Position numbers and translations under genes: made by a program
In this document: positions 59,377 through 64,000 of the stretch, piece by piece
Layout of the letters: each line of letters begins with the position of its first letter
How positions within the stretch are numbered: the first letter of the stretch is position 1
Notes under the pieces: generated by a model
What the model saw: the letters and a program-made list of their open reading frames with translations, nothing else
What the model was told of the DNA's origin: nothing
Databases searched by the model: none
Assembly: GCA_050331595.1 (NCBI GenBank)
Contig: JBHJGQ010000006.1
Location: forward strand, 1,049-65,048
Direction of reading: 5' to 3'
Length of the DNA: 64,000 nt
From: Opitutales bacterium
GTDB lineage: Bacteria > Verrucomicrobiota > Verrucomicrobiia > Opitutales > JBHJGM01

Positions 59377-60840
59377 CTACGGTGATTGCGGCGCAGCCTC
59401 GTCGGAATCCGAAGGCGTTTCGTGGGCTTCGCCGACGTGTTTTGCCAATTCTTCGCGAGCGGCTTCGTTGCCCTGGTCCGCAGCCAGCTTCAACCAGTGC
59501 AGGGCGGCTTCGCTGTCAGCCTGTACGCCTTCGCCTGCCAGCAGCATCAACCCCAAGTTGTACTGCGCCCAATCGTAACCCTGCGCGGCGGAGAGGCGGT
59601 ACCAGCGCACGGCTTCGGCATCGTCGCGCTCGACGCCCTCTCCCTGGTCGTAGGCCAGGCCCACTCGATTTTGCGCGAAGGCATTGTCTTGCTCGGCGGC
59701 TTTGAGACGCCATTGAAAGGTCATCTCCTCGTTGGCTTTGAGCCCTCCGCGACCTTCGCTGTAATAATCGGCCAGCCTGCGCTGGGCATGGATGTGATCC
59801 GCCTTCGCCCCGCGCTGGTACCAGATCAAGGCCACCGTTTCGTCCGCGCTCACGCCCAGTCCGTTTTCGTAAGCCCAGGCGACGTCGTAGGGCGCTTCCA
59901 GGTCGCCCATCTCAGCGGCTTTTTTGTACCAGCGCAGTGCTTCCTCCAGGTTGGGCTCAACGCCATCGGCACCGTTTTCCAGGAGCACGGCCAAATTGGA
60001 AGCTGCAGTCGGTGAACCCATCGAGATGGCTCTGCGGTACAACGCAGCCGCATGCGCTGGCTCGGCCTCCACGCCCAGGCCCTTTTCATACAGGTAGGCC
60101 AAGTTGTTTTGTGCTTTGCCGTGTTCCTGCTCAATGGCCCTCAAGTACCACCGTTGCGCGGCCGCGTAGTCCTGCGATAAGCCAAGTTGGCCTTCCTGAT
60201 AGGCGTAGCCTAGCTTGTTCTGAGCGTCGGCATCGCCCAGCTCGGCGCTCTTGCGGTATATTTCGAGGGCTTTGGCGATGTTTTGCGGCACGCCCAACCC
60301 ATTGTCGTAGCACCAACCCAGATTATAGATTGCGGCCGCGTTACCCTGTTCGGCGGCTTGCTGGATCAGGCGAAAGCCTTCTTCTGGATCAGCCTCGAGC
60401 CCAAGGCCGTCGATATACATCAGCCCAAGGTTGTTGAGGCCGACCAGATCGCCTTGTGCGACGGACCTGCGGTACCAGCGCAGAGCAATTTGCAGATCCT
60501 GCGGCACGCCCCGACCTTCTTCGTACAGCCAGCCCAGCAGCGCCTGCGCGTAGGCGTCACCCCGGTTGGCGTAGCGCTCCAGCGCCTGGGCGTCCTCCTC
60601 TTCGAAAAACTGCTCCAGTTCCGCGTCGCGGTTCTGCTGCAGGTTAGCGAGGATGCCGTCGACGCGTTCGGAGCCTGCCAACTCGTTTTCGCGCTCCAGT
60701 TCGTCGGTAATGGTGATCGCGATGCCGGCGGGGATGAGCACGATCAGCAGGATGATCTTCCACACACGGTTGGACCCGTCGGACGAAGGGGGGCGTTTGG
60801 GCGGCAGGGGAGGCGGCAGCGGTGGCGGAACCTGGGACAT
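59377..60840 (-). CDS. Sel1-like repeat membrane protein
   Basis: Pro-rich N-terminus, one TM, about 9 SLR repeats (AQ..LG..Y..G.GV..D...A..WY..AA.QG). Confidence 0.93.
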   Translation of the reverse strand: MSQVPPPLPPPLPPKRPPSSDGSNRVWKIILLIVLIPAGIAITITDELERENELAGSERVDGILANLQQNRDAELEQFFEEEDAQALERYANRGDAYAQALLGWLYEEGRGVPQDLQIALRWYRRSVAQGDLVGLNNLGLMYIDGLGLEADPEEGFRLIQQAAEQGNAAAIYNLGWCYDNGLGVPQNIAKALEIYRKSAELGDADAQNKLGYAYQEGQLGLSQDYAAAQRWYLRAIEQEHGKAQNNLAYLYEKGLGVEAEPAHAAALYRRAISMGSPTAASNLAVLLENGADGVEPNLEEALRWYKKAAEMGDLEAPYDVAWAYENGLGVSADETVALIWYQRGAKADHIHAQRRLADYYSEGRGGLKANEEMTFQWRLKAAEQDNAFAQNRVGLAYDQGEGVERDDAEAVRWYRLSAAQGYDWAQYNLGLMLLAGEGVQADSEAALHWLKLAADQGNEAAREELAKHVGEAHETPSDSDEAAPQSP

Positions 60841-61008
60841 TGGATGGATTGGGGATGCTGCCCCTGATTCAAGCCTTTTGGCGTCCGCGAGCAAGGTTGC
60901 AGTGATACATCCAAAGAACGGTTTCGCGCCCTGGTCCGCCTCTTGAATTCGGCCCTGGCACAAGTCCGGGGTTGCCAAGCGCTCGGGAACGCTTACCCGT
61001 TGAAGGCC

Positions 61009-61383
61009 ATGAGTATCGAGGCCTACCTGCCTGTTTTGGTCCAACTGGCCCTGGCCACCGGCATCGGCGTGGTGATCCTGGTGGCGAGCGTGATTTTTGG
61101 GCAGCGCGCCAAGAAGAATGCGATCAAGGACTCACCCTACGAGTGCGGCCTGATCGCCGAGGGCAAGGCCCACCCGCGCTTCGCCGTGAAGTTCTACATC
61201 ACCGCGATGCTCTTCATCCTCTTCGACATCGAGGTGGTCTTTCTCATCCCGTGGGTGTTGATTTACCGTGATTTCCTGGCGGCGGGCCTGCCCATTCTCG
61301 CGCCGATTCTGGTCTTCCTCTTCGTGCTGGTGGCGGGGCTGCTGTATGAGATCAAAAAAGGCGCGCTGGAGTGGGAGAGCTGA
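61009..61383 (+). CDS. nuoA: NADH-quinone oxidoreductase subunit A
   Basis: K.SPYECG, FAVKFYITAMLFILFDIEVVFLIPW, YEIKKGALEW. Confidence 0.96.
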   Translation: MSIEAYLPVLVQLALATGIGVVILVASVIFGQRAKKNAIKDSPYECGLIAEGKAHPRFAVKFYITAMLFILFDIEVVFLIPWVLIYRDFLAAGLPILAPILVFLFVLVAGLLYEIKKGALEWES

Positions 61384-61546
61384 ACCCAAGGCCTGATGGT
61401 GTCCGGGTATATGTGCTACGTTGCCACCGTCCCGAAACGCGCAGGCGGCGACACTCAATCCTGCGTTTGTGCTCGGCTGTGCGGTGAGTGATCGCTGCGG
61501 AGGGTCTTCTGCTCCGGTGCCGTCCAGCCGATAAATCATTCCGTTC

Positions 61547-62905
61547 ATGCGTCTCGACCGCTACATCGCCAAATCCAGGGTCATCGACTTGGAGAGCAAC
61601 GATCTGCGCGGTGCCCTCCAGGAGCTGCTCGAGGTCTGCAAGCTCGACGAAGTGGAGGGCTACAACCAAAAGAAGGCCCTCGACGAGTTGGTGGCGCGCG
61701 AGCAGACCATGACAACCTACCTGGGCAACGGCGTGGCCCTGCCGCACCTGCGACTCAACCTGAGCCGTCCCTACATCTTTGCGATGGGCCGTTGCCCGCA
61801 GGGCCTGGATTTCGACGGACAGGACGAGTACCGCGAGTTGCGCGTCATTTTGCTGCTGCTGGCGCGCGAAAACGAAAAGAGCTACCTCAACGTGCTCGCC
61901 TCGCTGGCCCGTATTTTTCAGGAAAAGAACACGCTCAACCGCCTGCTGCACGCCGAAGATTTGGCGGCCTTTCGCGAGCAGGTCTCGCGTGCCTTCAGCG
62001 GCGGTGACGGCCAGTCAAAAACCAAGGACAACAAGTTCAATCGCCTAATCCTGCGCGAGGCCGGCAAGATCGCCCGCGGGGCCAACTGCACGACGGTGCT
62101 GATCTTCGGCGATACCTTCGCCGGCGGCATCGACCTGGGCAACGTCTTCGGCGATTTGAAGACGGTCCTGGTCACCCAGAGTGCGACGGATGCCTCGGTC
62201 GACAATCGCTCGGTTTCGGCGGCGCTGCCTGTGCGTTCGTTCTCCAATAACCGTCTTTCCCAGCTGCGCAGCGCCGTGCTTATCGGGCTGACCCGCGGGA
62301 TCTTCAAGCACAACGAGCGCCTGTTGTGCGTGGGTGGCATCCCGCAGAGCAACCAGTTCGACCTCATCGTGGTGGTGGACGTCGAGCGCGAGTTCCAGTC
62401 GATCTTCACCCGCCAAACCGATGTGCTGCCCGAGGATGTGCGCCCCGAAACGCTTGAACGCGTGCTGGGCATTGCGACCGAGCTGGCCGTGGAAGGGCGC
62501 GAGGGCCGGCCGGTGGGCGCGCTCTTTGTGCTGGGCGACAGCGACAACGTGCGCCCCTACGCCAAGCAGCTGGTGCTCAACCCGTTCTTTGGTTACAAAG
62601 ACGAAGACCGCAACGTGCTCAACCCGTTTATGGACGAGACGGTCAAGGAGCTGTCCTCGATTGACGGTGCGTTTATTATTCGTGGGGACGGTGTGTTGGA
62701 GAGCGCCGGTGCGCTGATCCACGCTCCGGACTACACCCACACCTTGCCCAGCGGCCTGGGTTCACGCCACGCGGCGGCGGCGGCCATCTCGCTGGCGACG
62801 GACGCGGTGGCCCTGGTCGTCTCGGCCAGCAACGGGCAGGTCTCGCTCTTTCGCCGCGGCCAACTCCTGCCGGTGATCGAGCGCAACGTCGGCCGGAATC
62901 TATGA
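61547..62905 (+). CDS. PTS EIIA domain fused to a DacZ/CdaZ-like diadenylate cyclase (DisA_N)
   Basis: EIIA: RE..MTTYLGNGVALPHLR. DAC: ELAVEGREGRPVGALFV, KELSSIDGAFII, GLGSRHAAAAAIS, VVSASNG. Confidence 0.88.
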   Translation: MRLDRYIAKSRVIDLESNDLRGALQELLEVCKLDEVEGYNQKKALDELVAREQTMTTYLGNGVALPHLRLNLSRPYIFAMGRCPQGLDFDGQDEYRELRVILLLLARENEKSYLNVLASLARIFQEKNTLNRLLHAEDLAAFREQVSRAFSGGDGQSKTKDNKFNRLILREAGKIARGANCTTVLIFGDTFAGGIDLGNVFGDLKTVLVTQSATDASVDNRSVSAALPVRSFSNNRLSQLRSAVLIGLTRGIFKHNERLLCVGGIPQSNQFDLIVVVDVEREFQSIFTRQTDVLPEDVRPETLERVLGIATELAVEGREGRPVGALFVLGDSDNVRPYAKQLVLNPFFGYKDEDRNVLNPFMDETVKELSSIDGAFIIRGDGVLESAGALIHAPDYTHTLPSGLGSRHAAAAAISLATDAVALVVSASNGQVSLFRRGQLLPVIERNVGRNL

Positions 62906-62907
62906 TT

Positions 62908-63043
62908 CAGTCATCAGTCCTTGTTCGTTCGTCCGTGGTCTAGAGTCTTCGATGGTGGATGGCCCATTGCTGTGTTATGCTGTATCTATTTTCTTTTGGA
63001 CCCGGACTGGGAAACTGGGCCATCGGCCGTGGACCGTGAACGG
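62908..63043. repeat. Two inverted blocks of degenerate 7-bp repeats (TGGTCCA/TGGACCA type) around an AT-rich core
   Basis: CAGTCAT CAGTCCT TGTTCGT TCGTCCG TGGTCTA...TGGCCCA, and TGGGCCA TCGGCCG TGGACCG TGAACGG. Confidence 0.5.
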
Positions 63044-63109
63044 ATTCGGGCCTTGCCCGGCAGCCCTGCCTGTGTCATATTCATCGTTTCGATTCATTTA
63101 TTTTAAGCC

Positions 63110-63283
63110 ATGCCACGCGATCTCGTTATTCTGGAGTGCTCCGAAGCCCGCGGTGAGGGTAAGCCACCGTCCCGCTACATCACCGACCGCAACAAGAAGT
63201 TGCAGCAGGAGAAGGTGGAGAAGAAAAAGTACAATCCGCACCTCAAGCGGCACACGCTCCACAAAGAAATCAAGGCCAAGTAA
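63110..63283 (+). CDS. rpmG: 50S ribosomal protein L33 (57 aa, below the ORF-track cutoff)
   Basis: [57 protein letters not shown]. Confidence 0.95.
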   Translation: MPRDLVILECSEARGEGKPPSRYITDRNKKLQQEKVEKKKYNPHLKRHTLHKEIKAK

Positions 63284-63323
63284 CCGCCTGTCCCTGACTC
63301 GCGGGTCACCCGGTCAACTGAAT

Positions 63324-63351
63324 GCCTCCGCACGTTTGCGGGGGCTTTTTT
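63324..63351 (+). terminator. Rho-independent terminator of rpmG
   Basis: GCCTCCGCA-CGTT-TGCGGGGGC-TTTTTT. Confidence 0.8.
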
Positions 63352-63459
63352 GTGTCCGCATTCATTTATCTAAACGACCCTCGTCCGTGCGGGTACACCA
63401 ATGACCCGTCGCGTCGGTAGTAGTCGGCACCGCCCGCCTTGTTAGGGGCCGGGGAGTGT

Positions 63460-63759
63460 TTAGGAGGCTGCGCCGGATGCTTCGGTGGAGGAACGCGAAT
63501 TGCCGGAGCCGGCGGTCAGATCGCGCCGTGGGAGCGGTGAGGCCGTGCCCGCCCGGCGCCGGGCCCGCCAGCTTTCGCGGTGGTTGCGGATCCAATCCAG
63601 TAACGCCCGTTCGAAGCCGATGTCGTAACCGGCTTTTTCCGACTCCAGCCACTTGTGCCGGAGAATCTCCTCACGCTCTGCCAGGAATTCCTGGTAGAGA
63701 CTCGAGCGTTGGATGAAATCCTTCCGCGCGGGCGAGTTCTTTGGGTCCGGGGGCTTCAT
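63460..63759 (-). CDS. Small conserved protein, DUF4032-like
   Basis: SSLYQEFLAEREEILRHKWLESEKAGYDIGFERALLDW. Confidence 0.8.
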   Translation of the reverse strand: MKPPDPKNSPARKDFIQRSSLYQEFLAEREEILRHKWLESEKAGYDIGFERALLDWIRNHRESWRARRRAGTASPLPRRDLTAGSGNSRSSTEASGAAS

Positions 63760-63918
63760 GCGGCCAGAGCCTGATTGGGGATGAGGTCAGGCGGAAGGCT
63801 TCCGTGATCAAGTTTTGGGTATTCAACCAGTACGCCCGCTAATGTAAAGCACATCTGACGGACGAATGTACTGCGAATTAGGGACTGTTATGGGTTGAAT
63901 CGCAACTGCTTGGCGCAA

Positions 63919-64000
63919 TCAGTGTTTGGCTGCGGTCAGTTTGGCCAGGAGGGCCGCAGCCATCGCCATGAAGGCCTTGGCGGCGGTGGATTCTGGATGA
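63919..64000 (-). CDS. 3' end of a gene entering from outside the window, possibly an Mrp/ApbC ATPase
   Basis: ...HPESTAAKAFMAMAAALLAKLTAAKH* resembles Mrp C-termini. Only 26 residues are visible. Confidence 0.4.
   Translation of the reverse strand, partial: HPESTAAKAFMAMAAALLAKLTAAKH

Noticed and set aside
61527-61534. Perfect sigma28 -10 (GCCGATAA) before the EIIA-DAC gene; partial GCCGAT at 28326 before the pilin
   Set aside because: No TAAA-like -35 at the required spacing in either case.

Overview
GC-rich bacterial chromosome segment. Gene content (SHD1-tailed hydrolase, AFTLVE pilin, DUF4032-like protein, long-form PurF) suggests Verrucomicrobiota/Opitutae; this is inference. Most of the window is housekeeping: purL-purF, sufE, fumC, pstSCAB-phoU with a Pho box, a SNF2 helicase, a cysteine desulfurase, recF, ruvC, queA, kefGB, tatA, dnaG-rpoD, nuoA and rpmG, plus two ECF sigma/anti-sigma pairs, an MCP, a GH30 enzyme and a sulfatase. 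I saw no rRNA, tRNA, cas genes or transposases. Best leads: (1) four palindromic AT-rich repeats at an exact 71-bp period with unrelated spacers, directly upstream of a tripartite HipBST-like kinase toxin-antitoxin module; (2) an HtrA/PDZ homologue lacking all three catalytic residues, in an ECF/anti-sigma operon; (3) a PTS-EIIA-diadenylate cyclase fusion; (4) a roughly 250-bp multi-hairpin intergenic region after an HNH nuclease; (5) dispersed 7-bp phased intergenic repeats; (6) four decayed small accessory loci that the ORF track misses or splits (vapBC, parE, SnoaL-like, small hypothetical). All family calls come from motif recognition by eye, not from database searches.
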